Of a DNA stretch of 64,000 bases, positions 26,056 to 39,271 are shown one piece after another. Numbering within the stretch: the first letter of the stretch is position 1; each line of letters starts with the position of its first letter. Under the pieces are notes generated by a model, which made no database searches, was not told the origin of the DNA, and saw only the letters and a program-made list of their open reading frames with translations. Source of the DNA: Octopus sinensis (Eukaryota). Both the position numbers and the translations under genes were made by a program. The stretch lies in assembly GCF_006345805.1 (NCBI RefSeq), contig NC_043003.1, forward strand, positions 21,328,001-21,392,000, read 5' to 3'.

Positions 26056-26101
<46 letters not shown>

Positions 26102-27011
26102 CATAATTTTTATCACCATCATTCTTCAACATCCACATTTCCATGCTTGTATGGGGAAGATGGAATTTACTGAAACAGATTTTTCTATGGCCAGATACCA
26201 TTCCTGTCGCCAGTCCTCACCTATTTCCAAGCAAGGTAATAGAACCCCATAGCCAGAAATATTTCCATGTGAACTTAGAAACTATTGACATCATTTGTAT
26301 GATGGTGATGTTTATTTACAACTGTCGCATCATATCCAAACAAGGAGTTACAAACACACATATACACACACACATATATTGTTTTTAAGATTTTTTTATA
26401 TAATAATTTTTAATTTAAAAAATTCTCTTCAAATGTTTATACACACATACATATATGGTGAGCTTCTTTTAGTTTCCATCTAACAAATTCATTCACATGG
26501 CTTTGGTCAACCCAGAGTTATAGTAGAAGACACCCAGTTTCATGCTGTGAAACTGAACCCAAAATACACGATTGGGAAGCAAACTTCTGAACCACACAGC
26601 CATGGTGGTATCTAATATAAACAGAAACAATTGTGTGATGTAGCTAAAATAGCTAAAAGGTACTCAAATGCTAAGATATGAGTAAACAGAAGTTAATACT
26701 ACATAAATTCAAACTGTGTGTATATATATATATATACATACTTATAAATGATGATAAATAGATAATGACACTTCAGTGCATGCTATGTTTCAATAGCATG
26801 GCAATTTATTTGCAGTTAGTATACTATATCATCATTCTTATCAAACTTTTGGAAGATAAAAATTGGCATACATACACATTCTCTGCCCCACCCTACCCCC
26901 TTATCTTGTACCATGAAAAGAGTTCCATTCCTAGCTCTTTGCCTCAATCTCTACTAAAAGCTGTTCCTGAAAAATTGCGATAAAGAACGTCTTAACCGGC
27001 TGGTAGTTACA

Positions 27012-27350
27012 GGATGCGGCATTTTAATCTAAAACACTTTGGTCTAAACCACTTTAGTCTAAGACACTTTGGTCTAAAAGCATTTTCATCTAAGGATACT
27101 TTTGTCTAAAGACAAAAAGGATTATTAGAGTATAGTTATTTAGATCTTTTACATTTTTTTTTTTGAAATTCTATAGACAAAATAGTTATTAGACCAAAGT
27201 GAGTTTAGACAAAAAAGTCTTTATACTACAGGGCATTTAGACAAAAATGTCTTTAGACTATAGTGTATTTATACAAAAGTCACTTTAGACCAAAGTTCTT
27301 TAGACCATAGCACATTAGACTTAAGTGTTTTAGACGAAAATCCTAGATCT
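27012..27350. mobile_element. Mutator-like foldback MITE
   Basis: 9-bp TSD GTAGTTACA (27003-27011, 27351-27359); inverted arms built of 15-16-bp subrepeats (CACTTTGGTCTAA / TTAGACCAAAG). Confidence 0.8.
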
Positions 27351-28089
27351 GTAGTTACATACCATACCCTACCTACATCCGGGTGGGATATAACACTACA
27401 ATGGTGCTGCAAGCACAGCAAGTCTAGGAATCTTGACTACCCAAACAAATACACCCATCCTACTGTAATCCATCACTGTGAGATTTCACATTAGTGTTAT
27501 ACAAAACATGAGAGGCAACAATCATAATGAAGGTGACCTGATTAGGATGTTGAACTTCTGGGTAACTGTCTATGAGAGCAATAACTCTAGATAGAATTTT
27601 GCATGGTGGAAGAATGTGTTGTGCTAAACTTCAATGAAAGCAACTGATCTAGGATAGCAGATGAATTGTGCAAAGCCTCAGTAAAGGCAATCTGTCAAGG
27701 AGAGTAGGAGTAGCAGCTCCAACTGAAAAGTAATACAATATTGAAGGGACAGTTCAGTCCAGTCAGATAGTTTCAATAGAATATGTGGCATGATAAAATG
27801 CACTCAGTCCATGCTGAAAATAGTCTGTGATAGAAAGAGCATGCAGCTTAAAAAAAAATTAAAAGCACCAAAAGTATGACAGTCACATCAATGAAAAACC
27901 TTAATTACAAATACGAGGGTAACATTTACTATGTTGATATTGCACACAGTGGTGGGTTGGCCAGGTGTAAGAACACCTCAGTTCTTATCAAATGATTGCA
28001 CAAGCTCTCTTCTTTCAGCTGCAGAAAATAGGCATCAAACAGCCCAAGCACTTCCAGAAACTGTCTTCTCTCTATCAGATAAAATACAT

Positions 28090-29480
28090 CAAGGCTGCCA
28101 CCATCAACATTGGCTTGACAAAAGGTTGGTCTAGAGAGATTTTAGAGGTGCTTGAGCAGAGACGAATGGGTGTATGTCTACAAGCAGGGGTTCTCAATCA
28201 TTTTTTTTCTGTGGACCCCTTTGATTACTATTTTATTCTGGTAGACCCCCAATAGCCATTTGATGTTTAAAAATTAGTTTTATAGAAACTTCTTTTCAAA
28301 TTCCTATTTTGTTTTTCACACATTCACCTTTGTAGGTTGAACTATGTAAAATAACAGAGAAAGAAACCTTGCTGTTTCTTGTAATATATACCAATACATA
28401 CATCTAAAGCAAAGCTTTTTCAGGGGTCCTTAAAATACTCAAAATAAAATTGTGGGTGCCCAATTAACTATGTAGAATATTAGAGAAAGAAACCTAGCTG
28501 TTTCTTGCAATACATACCAATACATTTTTCAGAGGCCTTTAAAATACTATTGTGGATCCCCAGTTTACTATTTTGTTGCATGGACCCCCAAAAATTTTAT
28601 ATGGACCCCAGTTGAGAACCTCAAGGCTAGAGAGCTAAAATGGAGAAGAACCTCATCCTGATTTCTTACAAACTAAGAACACAATACAGATTCTTCTGAG
28701 AATGCAATTGGCATTTTATCGTCATAGAAATTGATAGATATAATTATTGAAGATGTCAGAGCATGTGACAGAATAATTAAGTTTACACTAATAGATAACA
28801 TGGCAACACTATCTCTATATATGAACCACAATCAGGCTTCATAAATAAGTCAAAGGACCTTTTCTATGAGGCCCTCTTGTAGACTAGCTTAATGATAAAC
28901 AATAGCAACCTTGTAAACATGAGTGGCAACACAGCAAATATATTGGGAAACATTGATGGAGACTATGGTTATGGTACACAGAATGAAGTTAAATCAAGTC
29001 CCTTGGAGTTCTGAGTTCTGTAATACAAATGACTTCACCACATGCAGCACTAACCTCAAGAAACTTGCCATCCTCCAGATCACCTACCATTCAGACAAAC
29101 ATGCAAGACAGACACAGTCATATTCACTAGGAGTATGAAGAGACAGATGGTTACGAACATGAAATCCTTTGCTGGTGAAATAATACATAGTGCCATGATT
29201 AGTGACATGAAAGTCAAAACTAGATAAACCTAGAAACACAAGACACTCTGGAGAAGGAAAGTGATAGAAGCCGAAAGATCTTTTGGTCAGAAGTAGATTC
29301 GAAGAAGTATTAGGTGATGCGTATGTTGAGAAGGAACAGAAGATAGGAATGCATAACATAGGCAAGAAGATTCTGAAACAACCACTGTAAGCCAGAGACC
29401 AGATCTGTCGACAAAGCAAAGTTCCAACAAGATGGAAGATGACATGTCGGTGAAATGGTAAATAGCACCATAAAAGGTAA
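28090..29480 (+). pseudogene. RTE-clade LINE relic, AP-endonuclease region
   Basis: Frame-broken motifs ATINIG..SREILEVLEQRR..CLQ/ELKWR, VRACDRII, YEPQSG, KDLFYEALL, GDYGYGTQNE, EFCNTND..ITY; interrupted by a MITE. Confidence 0.75.
28185..28623. mobile_element. hAT (Charlie-like) MITE
   Basis: CAGGGGTTCTCAA ... GTTGAGAACCTC; internal GGACCCC repeats; related to 23024-23527. Confidence 0.7.
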
Positions 29481-30639
29481 GAAACAGGCACGGAAATAAT
29501 GGAAGAAAATTGAGAACAAGGTTAAGATGTTGACATTTCCAATAGAAACTACAGTCCCTTCACCTCTCACACTCTTGTGAACTTACCTACCCACCCTTCC
29601 CAATATTCTGTCATTATTCAATCTTCTACTCACCTACTTGTACTTTGAGAGTACACCTTGATACCTCATCACCAACATCTTTATGTCTCTTTCCAGCTAC
29701 TCCTTCCACCTTTATATAATGATGAGAAACCATTGTTCCTGACCCTCTATTATACTTTAACTTCTCAGTACCAAGCATATAGCCATCTCGCTCTCTGCTA
29801 TTCCCTCACTCAGTGGGTTACATAGCAACCTTTCTAGTGCCACATAAAAAGCATCCACTACACTTTGTAAAGTGATTGGTGTTAGAAAAGGTATCCAGTT
29901 ATAGAAACCACACTAAAGCAGACATTGGAGCATCATACAGACCTGTGACCCATCACGTCCTGTTGAACCAACCATTGTCAGTATGGAAAGCAATACTTCA
30001 AATGATGGTGATGATGATCTCCATCACATCCTTGTACTTACCTAAAATTACTTTTTTTTTTAATGAAGCACAAAAATAATTAATCTATAACAGCTTTCTC
30101 ATTAGAATTACAGATAACTATGGCACAATCTTGGCTGTATGGTTAAGGAGCTAGATTCCCAACTACATGGTTTGGGGTTCAATCCCACTGTATGGCACTT
30201 TGAGCAAGATCTTCTGCTACAGCCTATCCTATGTGTGTGTTGGGTGTATTAAAATAATTAAATGTCTAGGTGAATTTTTTTTTCAGAGAAGGCAGTGATT
30301 TTACTCTTTATTTGTATATAATTATTGTTTTTATTTATATATATTTAGATAGGATGATGTCTATACTACAATAACCAGTAATATGTTGTGCATGTATAGT
30401 AATATTACGATCATGAAATTAGCATTAGCATATCTCACTCTTTCTCGCGGAACCTCTAGGAACCTTTTGCAGAACCCTAAGGTTCCAGGGAACTCTGTTT
30501 GAGAAACGCTACTCTAACCACTAAGCCAAGCACCTCCACTTAAAATAGGTTTCACTGAGGCATAATTTACAAACTGAAGTTACTTGTACATCTCCTCTAC
30601 AAAAACTGGCCTCATGTCTATATAAATAAAAACAGTAAA

Positions 30640-31380
30640 TGCTTTTTATGTGCCGCCGTCATGGGTGTCATTGCACAGCACCAACACAGGTGTGCTTTTT
30701 ATGTGGCACCGGCACCTGAAAGGACCCGCCTGTATGTGTGGAAGACAGTGATTTTACTTAGCTTGACATGTCTTTTCAAATACAGCAAATCACCACATCC
30801 CTTAATCTCTTGTCATTTCCTCAATGAAGCTCAGCATCCAAAGACCCTTTCTCACCATTTCCTTCCGCAGGTTCCCACCACAATTAGAGCTCAGTACTTC
30901 TTTACGCAGCTGTCCTTATCCATACACATCACATGACCAAACCAATGCAGTCTTCTCTCTTGCACACATAATCTTTTATGTTCTGTCATGCTTGCACACT
31001 GACATTACTACCAGCAGAGCATGCTAACTTCATTTCTCTTAAGCTTTCGCAAATCCTCTATAATCAAAGCCCATGTTTAACACATACACAGACATCATAC
31101 AATCTGGCTTTCACTCTGAGAGAGAGGCCAAAGGTACAAGCTCTCTGAACTTTGCCCAGCCTGTTCTTATTCTAACAACTACACTTTCAGAACATCTGCC
31201 TCTACTGTTGACTTGGTCTCCTTAGTATCAGAAGCTTTCTACTAGGGAGTTTATTGCCAGAACAATTTTAGTGATTATTGTACCTGCACACCTGTCACAC
31301 ACAAAGACTATATTCTCTGTTAACCTTCCTGTGATATTTGTGTCCAAAGCTTGCACTGGATACACATATGGAGTTTTTCT
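30640..31380 (-). pseudogene. RTE-clade LINE relic, RT C-terminal region plus 3' UTR
   Basis: Minus-strand motifs CIQCKLWT, GRCSESVVVRIRTGWAKFRE, VQERRLHWFGHVMCMDKDSCVKK; followed by GGCACATAAAAAGCA 3' UTR repeats. Confidence 0.8.
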
Positions 31381-31616
31381 CCCAACACCCTTCTTACTTA
31401 TAAAGCAGGGCCACTTCCCTGAAGGGACTTGTGGTTTGTCTGCTTACCTCCTTACTAAGACTTTGGTTTTTGCTAAATGAACTCTAAGGCCCTTAGATTC
31501 TAGGCCTTACTTCCACACCTGAACACACACACACTTCAATGCATTACTAGATACAATATCATCATAAATATTGTTAATGTTTATGTGTAATGAAAAATTA
31601 AGACCATCTTTTTTAT

Positions 31617-31991
31617 TCTTTTACTTGTTTCAGTCATTTGACTGGGGCCATGCTGGAGCACCACCTTTTAGTTGAATTAAATCAACCCCAGGACTTATTT
31701 TTTGTAAGCCTAGTACTTATTCTATTGGTCTCTTTTGCCGAACCGCTAAGTTACGGGGACGTAAACACACCAGCATCGGTTGTCAAGCGATGTTAGGGCG
31801 ACAAACACAGATACACAACATATACATGCACATACATTTATATATACATATATACAATGGGCTCCTTTCAGTTTCTGTCTACCAAATCCACTCACAAGGC
31901 TTTGGTTGACCCGAGACTATAGTAGAAGACACTTGCCCAAGGTGCCACACAGTGGGACTGAACCCGGAACCATGTGGTTGGTAAGCAAGCT
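31617..31991 (-). mobile_element. SINE family A
   Basis: Consensus match. Confidence 0.9.
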
Positions 31992-32564
31992 GTCACCCTT
32001 TTGATGCAAACTGAATAAAAGAAGTGTATTGTTTGTTTATATATAACATGTTATATAATCAAATATTGTTTCATACAAGATGAAAGTGAAGTAAAGCAAG
32101 CTGATAAGTAGATATTTAATAGCCATGTAATTTAATGTTACTTATATTGAAGAGAAAAATACTAAAAATATATTCACCATTGTTAAAGCAATGAAGTATT
32201 AATTCTTAATTAATTTTCAACCATTGTAATGCATGCAGCAGTTGGATATGTAAAATCTAAAGCTGTAGGAATGAACCTGAAACCACATGGTTGCAAAGTG
32301 AACTTTCTAACTACACAGCCATATATATACATATTCTCATCTTCTGACCTTAATCCCTTTTCTCATTGCTTTACAGATTTGGCTCCCTGCTTCTCACTTT
32401 GCCTGCATCCTTATTATTAATTGTCTCCTAGTTGTCTACTATTCACTTGACCTTTACTCCAACCCCAAATTTTTCAAAATTTGACTGCTGCCTAATTTAA
32501 CCTTCCTTTTTGCCATTCCTCAATATTTGATTTTCCTCCTCCTTTAGTTTTCATTAATTTCTCT

Positions 32565-32596
<32 letters not shown>

Positions 32597-32682
32597 TGTC
32601 TCTCTCTCTCTTTCTCTATCTATCTATCTATTTAGACCCCATGTGGTCTTTCAACCAGTTAGTAATAGTATATATATATATA

Positions 32683-33055
32683 CTCTTTTACTTGTTTCAG
32701 TCATTTTACTGTGGCCATGCTGGAGCACCGCCTTTAGTCGAGCAAGTTGACCCCAAGACTTATTCTTTGTAAGACTAGTACTTATTCTATCGGTCTCTTT
32801 TGCCGAACCGCTAAGTTACAGTGACGTAAACACACCAGCATCAGTTGTCAAGCAATGTTGGGAGGACAAGCACAGACACACACATATATATATATACAAC
32901 AGGTTTCTTTCAGTTTCCATCTACCAAATCCACTCACATGGCTTTGGTCGACCCAAGGCTATAGTAGAAGACACTTGCCCAAGGTGCCACGCAGTGGGAC
33001 TGAACCCGGAACCATGTGGTTGGTAAACACGCTATTTACCACACAACCACTCCTA
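32683..33055 (-). mobile_element. SINE family A
   Basis: Consensus match. Confidence 0.9.
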
Positions 33056-33609
33056 CATTGGAAAATGTAGTTTGCAGTACGCTATTTCTTTGAACTTTTA
33101 TCTGTTATCTTTTACTTGTTTCAATCATTGGACTGTGACCATGCTGGGGCACCACCTTGAAATATGTAGTCAAACATCTCAACCCCACTTCTTATGCTCC
33201 TTTTCTTTTAAGCTTGCTACTTAATTTATCAGCCTCTTTTGCCAAACCACTAAGTTATGAGGGTGTAAATAAATGAACACTGGTTATCAAGCATTGGGCA
33301 GAAGGAGGGAAAACACCAAGACACACACACACACAAATATATATCCAAATATAGTTAAATAGGCAATGTGAGTGGATTTGCTGAAAGAAGCCCATCATAT
33401 ATGGGCACATCTTTTAATCATATGGGTGCCATGCTAAAAGCATCCAGCACACACTGTAAAGTAGTTGGCATTAGGAAGGGTATCCAGCCGTAGAAACCAG
33501 GTTAAATCAGACTGGAACCTGGTGCAGCTCTCATCAAACCGTCCAACCCATGCCAGCATGGAAAATGGAGGTTAAAGGATGATGATGATGAACATTTAAG
33601 TAAAAACCT

Positions 33610-33990
33610 TGTGGTATGCTATGCAATGCTCATCCACAGTTATTGGCAAAATCACTTCCCTCCGACAAGTCATCCTAACGAGACGTCTGCGTTGGCTGGG
33701 TCATGCCCTCCGTCATCAACCAGGAGAATTCATCTACGAAGCAATTGCCCCAGCTCCCCTTCAGGGTTGGCAAAAGCAATGTGGTGGACAATGAAAAACC
33801 TGGCTGATCTGGAACCCAACTTAGTCCCCCGTGTCTATGGCGCTCGCTGCTGGAATAAGGAGTGGTTGGAGATCACGTGGTCATTAGCCTCAAATTGCCA
33901 GGCCTGGTCGGTGTTTGTGAGAGATGCAGCATTGAGGATGAATAAAGCCAGCTCAACCCACCCCGGGTGAATACTGTCTCGAGACAAGAA
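33610..33990 (+). pseudogene. 5'-truncated non-LTR retrotransposon 3' end (RTE-like, second lineage)
   Basis: RQVILTRRLRWLGHALR, then DLEP..PRVYG..WNKEWLE..LASNCQAWSVFVRDA..SSTHPG* in the next frame. Confidence 0.75.
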
Positions 33991-34149
33991 GAAAGACAGT
34001 TACTGGCTGCCTGATATCATCATACTGATGCACCTGAGGAGATGCATTTTACACCTTGGCTGCATGATAATGATTACACAGCATCTCATCAATGTATTAC
34101 AGGTGTAAAAATTGTGTTGAAACAATTGTAGTGATTTTAAATAAAAAAA

Positions 34150-34465
34150 TATGTCTATCTATCCAAATATATAAACATATATGATAGGCAGTGAGGTCGT
34201 TGCCTGTACCGCTGGACTGGCTCCTGTACAGATGGCACATAAAAAATACCATTTGAGCGTAGCCGTTGCCAGTACTGCCTGACTGGCCCTCATGCCGGTG
34301 ACATGTAAAAGCACCCACTACACTCTCAGAGTGGTTGGCGTTAGGAAGGGCATCCAGCTGTAGAAACTCTGCCAGATCAGATTGGAGCCTGGTGCAGCCA
34401 ATCCTCAGTCAAATCGTCCAACACGTGCTAGCATGGAAAGCGGACATTAAACGATGATGATGATG
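34150..34465 (+). mobile_element. RTE-LINE 3' tail (family C)
   Basis: Same consensus as 25170-25712. Confidence 0.8.
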
Positions 34466-36845
34466 AAAATCCACTCACAAGGCTTTCTTCGATCTGGGGC
34501 TACTGTGGAAAACACTGGCCCAAGGTACCACACAGTGGGATTGAACCTGGAACTATGTAGTTGAGAAGCAGATTTCTTACCACACAGTAATGCCTGCATA
34601 AAAAACAAAAAAAATTGAAATGGAATGATGGAAATACCTATAATGGTAAGTCTGTTCATTTAGGGTCAATTTGGGGTTAACCGACAGCAACGCTGTCCAG
34701 TGAAGAATTCGGTATAAAATGTTATTCTTTTCCTCTTCCGTACTATAAATCAATTTATTCTACTTTTTAACTAATGCATAGTTTTACATTACATAGTTGC
34801 AAATGTGAGTGTGTTTATACATCTATGAATGTGCGTGTTTATACCTGCATTCATGTGAGTGTGCGTGTGACCCTGTGTATGATATCCGTCTGTCTGGATG
34901 CATTTAAGTTAAACAACCCTCTCTCTCTGTGTGTGTGTGTGTGTGTGTGTGTGCCTATGTGTATTTGTATATGTATTTATATGTGTATGCATGTACATCA
35001 GTGACCTTTGTGTATGTGGATATATTTATGTGAATAACACTGATTTTTGTGTGTGTATTTGTGTAGGTGTCTGTGTGCGTATGCATACACATTTGTGGAT
35101 TTTTGTGTTTCTATTTATGTAAATAACATTCTGGAAATCTCTGGAGCCTTTGACAACATGCTGCAGAATAGCCATCGGCCACTTACGCCGATATCCACTC
35201 TATTCACAGAACTTTCCGATAGTCTATATCTTCCTTCTTTCCACCTCTCTCACTTTGTCTCTCTCTCTCTCCCTCCATCTCACTCTTTCTCTCTTTCCAC
35301 CTCTCTTTCTCTCCCCCTCTCACTCTCTCTCCCATATCTCTTTCTGCATTTTCTTTCCATCTTTATTCTCTCCTCCTGACACCTTCTTTTTCTTTGTCCT
35401 TGTTTCTTTCTCTAACATCCCTGTTTTTTTCTCCTCCTTCTTCTCCTTTTTCTCTTTCGTTGTCTTTCTCTCTCATCTTCCTTCTGTCTCTTCCTTCTTT
35501 CTTGCTCATCTTTCTTCTTTTGGTTTCCTCCTTCAGTTATAACTACACTGCACTTTTATTCCTTTCTTTCCTTTATGCTTCCTCTTTCCATCCATCTTTT
35601 CCTCTTTCACTGTTTCTGCCTCCCCTTCTTCATCCCTGCCTGTTTCCTCCTCTTCCTCTCCTCATTCCTCCTCCTTTTTCTCCTTTACCACTTTTCATGA
35701 CATCCGGCCCTCACCAAAAGATGTTTGTCTCCAACAGCTAAAATGTCCTGTTTGAGGTTTTGCTATAAGGACAGATATATTTAGCTTCAGTGCTTTCCAT
35801 TTTCAAAGTGTGGGTGGTCATATGATTTTTTTTTTTTCTGTTTTCAACCATTTTTACCTCATCCTTCACACCCCTTTCTAACATATATTCCGGTATATTC
35901 TGTATATTCGGCAACATTTTATTAATATATTATTAGTTTATATGTATCAACAAACTTTTTTTATGATGTCATACTTCCATTTTTTTTTATTTTTCTCCTT
36001 TTCTGCTTTCTCATTCCTTCTTTTTCCTATTCCTTATCATTTTTTTTCTCTTTGCTTTTTTCTTTTCTTTTTCTCTTCTTCCATATTTTTACTCATTCCT
36101 TTCTGTCTGTCTGTCTTTCTTTCTTTCTTGTTAGAAACCTTTTGTTTTTGCAAAAATAAAAAAATAAAATAAAAATCAATAACTTCACTGTTATAGCTAG
36201 CGTCGATGTCAAGAACACTGCGAGAAAATAGATTTCCGCTATCCGAAGTGAAAAGCGAGGTTGCCAGGAAGGTACAGAACAGCAGGGTAAAAGTGAAAAT
36301 GATGGTTATAAAGAAAGTATGAAGGGAAAATATGAAAGATGTAAGGATGAAGGGATGGCAGGTTTAGAAGGTAATTTGAAAAGATGGATAAAGAGAAAGA
36401 AAGACAGAGTGGCAGACAGATAACAGGTAGTCAGTCAGAAGGGTTGATAGACAGAAAAAGAGAGAGAGAGAGAAGTTGAAGACAGAGGGAGATAAATAAA
36501 CAGAAAGATAGATAGATGAGTTAAAGCAGATGATAGGTTCGTAGATAAACAAAGAACTATGAAATATAAGTATAAGTTTTGAATAATACAAGGATGGGGG
36601 GCTGATTGCGATAGAAGAAGTAGTTTGATTGATATAGATAGATTCATTGACAGATTGATAGATACATTGACAAATAGATAGATATACTGACAGGTACGTA
36701 GAGGATACGAAAGGTTAATAGATATAGTTAAGACAGATGGATTGATTAATATCATAGCCTGAATTAGGAAACATGCCAAATGCCTGAGCGGTGAATCCTC
36801 TCTTAATGAAAAACCTTTAAAATTTGACCCATTCCCCTTCTGTAT

Positions 36846-36849
<4 letters not shown>

Positions 36850-36920
<71 letters not shown>

Positions 36921-36973
36921 CTACTCTGTCTCTGCCTCTCTTTTTCTCTCACTCTCTCTCTACCTCTCTCTTT

Positions 36974-37018
<45 letters not shown>
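36850..37018. repeat. (CT)n microsatellite
   Basis: Long, nearly pure CT run. Confidence 0.95.
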
Positions 37019-37023
<5 letters not shown>

Positions 37024-37168
37024 AACTCAAATAATACTTTTGTCTGAAACCAGCCCATTTTACTAGGTAACTGAAGATTACCTTTCATATTTTGTAACAG
37101 AAAAAAAGTAACACAAATACACTATAAATGATATGGATGGGTTAATCTTCTTTGAAAATATATATTAA

Positions 37169-37392
37169 CCCTTTAGCATTTAATCCAGCCATATCTGGCC
37201 TAAATATTCTCCCTTCTTTATGTTCAATGCAGCCAAATTTGGCTTCTCACACCTACCCTACAATATAATTCTAAAAATAGACAATCACACCATTGAAATC
37301 TCAAAGCTATGAAATTATAAAGCTATGATTAATTCAAAACAATGTGAATGCATAACCATTGCATTTAGCAGATTAATCTGAATGCTAAAGAG
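37169..37392. mobile_element. piggyBac-like MITE (second family)
   Basis: TTAA|CCCTTTAGCATT ... AATGCTAAAGAG|TTAA; a shorter relative at 37827-37966. Confidence 0.75.
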
Positions 37393-38190
37393 TTAAGCAT
37401 TTTTAAAATTTTTTCTTTCAAGCACTTCTCTCCCTATGGAGCATAAGCCATCAGCAACTCTTCTCTGCTCTCAACTCTGGACTGGACTGTTTCCAGGACC
37501 ACTCCCTCAGTATGGGAGACACTCTTGATGCCCTGAGAAAGGCTTTCTTCTCGCAGGTCTTGTTGGTTTTCAATTGTCGTCATTGATGTTTCTGTAACTT
37601 TTTCTTCTAGGTAAGATTATTGGCCCTTTGCAAACCCATTTCTACCTCTTGGAAGAGTTAGTATATATATATTAGTCTGGCCTCTCTCCTTTGACTTGCT
37701 CAGCATCGAAGGCCCTACTTGAACTTGCACTCTGCTGGCATTGTTCTCATTGTCATTGGCAAACACAAAACACCACACTGCAATTAAGACTGAACCTTGT
37801 GGGAGATATATCAAACCTTGTTTTAACCCTTTAGCATTCAAATTACTCTATCAAATGTAATGCTCCTTTATTCAAATCATCTTGAATTAGAGATTTCAAT
37901 GATTTCAAAATACCCTTGTAGGGTAGGTGTTAGGGGCTGGATATAGCTGGTATAGATGCTAAAGAGTTTAAAGAATTTAAGGTTTGTGATACCCTTTTTT
38001 CTGTTGGAAGAATGTGTGAGCCTTACAACTAAAGCATGACTATTTCAATATAGGCTTCAGTTAAGATTGATTCAGATTGCACCAAATCTAAACCCAACTA
38101 AACTCAACCGTGATACATTTGGTTGTCAAACGCATGCCTTTTATTTATAGGTTATAATCCCTAAAATATCTTTTATAACAAAGGTAAATA

Positions 38191-38403
38191 TACAAGGTGA
38201 GTGCTGAAAAGTTCCTGGCTTTGGGTAAAAGAAAATACAAGAGGATCAGTTAATTATAATTTTATTCAACATATTCCCCTCTCAGATTCACACACTGGTC
38301 CTTCAGTTTTTCTAAGCCCTGTAAAAGAACTCGGAAGGTTGGGCCTCCAACCAGGCCTTTCGTGATACCCTTAAAGCCCAAAACTTTTCAGCATCTCCTC
38401 ATA
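38191..38403 (-). mobile_element. mariner-derived MITE
   Basis: Reverse-oriented copy of 6853-7074 with the same TIRs. Confidence 0.8.
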
Positions 38404-38664
38404 TATTCTTATACTTTATATCCCTGCCCAGATTTCAAGAGTTTACCTGTAGGTTTCCATTTTAAGAACCATTACTTTCTCAGGCTTGTTTTCACTCACT
38501 TTTGTTTCTGCAACATACCAATTGCCAATTTTACTCATAAATAACATCAAAGTAAACTAATACATTCTTAAGATATTTTGTGTACATAGACAGCCTCCTT
38601 GCTTTTACTTGTTTCAGTCATAGGGCTGCAACCATGCTGGAGCACCACTTTGAAGGGCTTCATC

Positions 38665-38822
38665 CAGGAGCGGACTGAGGTCATTAAGTGCCCTCATACA
38701 TAAATGTTTACCAAGCCCCTTTGAATGTGTGTTTTAGTAGAGTTAACATGTTGAGTGTAGGTCTCTCAGAGCTCCGGGCCCTCGAGCAGTGCCCGATGGA
38801 CCGACAGCTCAGTCCGGCCCTG
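38665..38822. mobile_element. hAT MITE inside a family A SINE
   Basis: TIR CAGGAGCGGACTGAG / CTCAGTCCGGCCCTG; 8-bp TSD GCTTCATC / GTTTCATC. Confidence 0.8.
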
Positions 38823-39271
38823 GTTTCATCAAACAAACCGACCCCAATACTTACTATTTGTTTTTAAAGTTTATTAGTTGCTTTTGCCAAATTTTTAAGT
38901 TGCAGAGACAAACTAGCACCAGTTGTGAAACAGTAGTGAAGTAATAAACACAAACGCATACACACACACATTCACTTACAAGTCATTGGTCAAGCCAGGG
39001 CTGTAGCAGAAGACATTTGCCCAAGATGCTATGCATTGGAATTGAACCTGAAATCTCATGATCACAAAACAAGCTTCTTAACCACATAGCCATGCTTGCA
39101 TTTATGTTTTTCTTAATGAGTCTAGAGGAAGAGGAAATGATTCATGCCTTTTGCAGACACTCCTGGAGCAGAGAGATTGATGTTGTTAATGCTCTTTTGA
39201 CCCTTCGTAATTCCACACATGAAGGAAAGATATGAGCAGAAAAGAAATTCCAGAGGGTCAACATAATAGTA

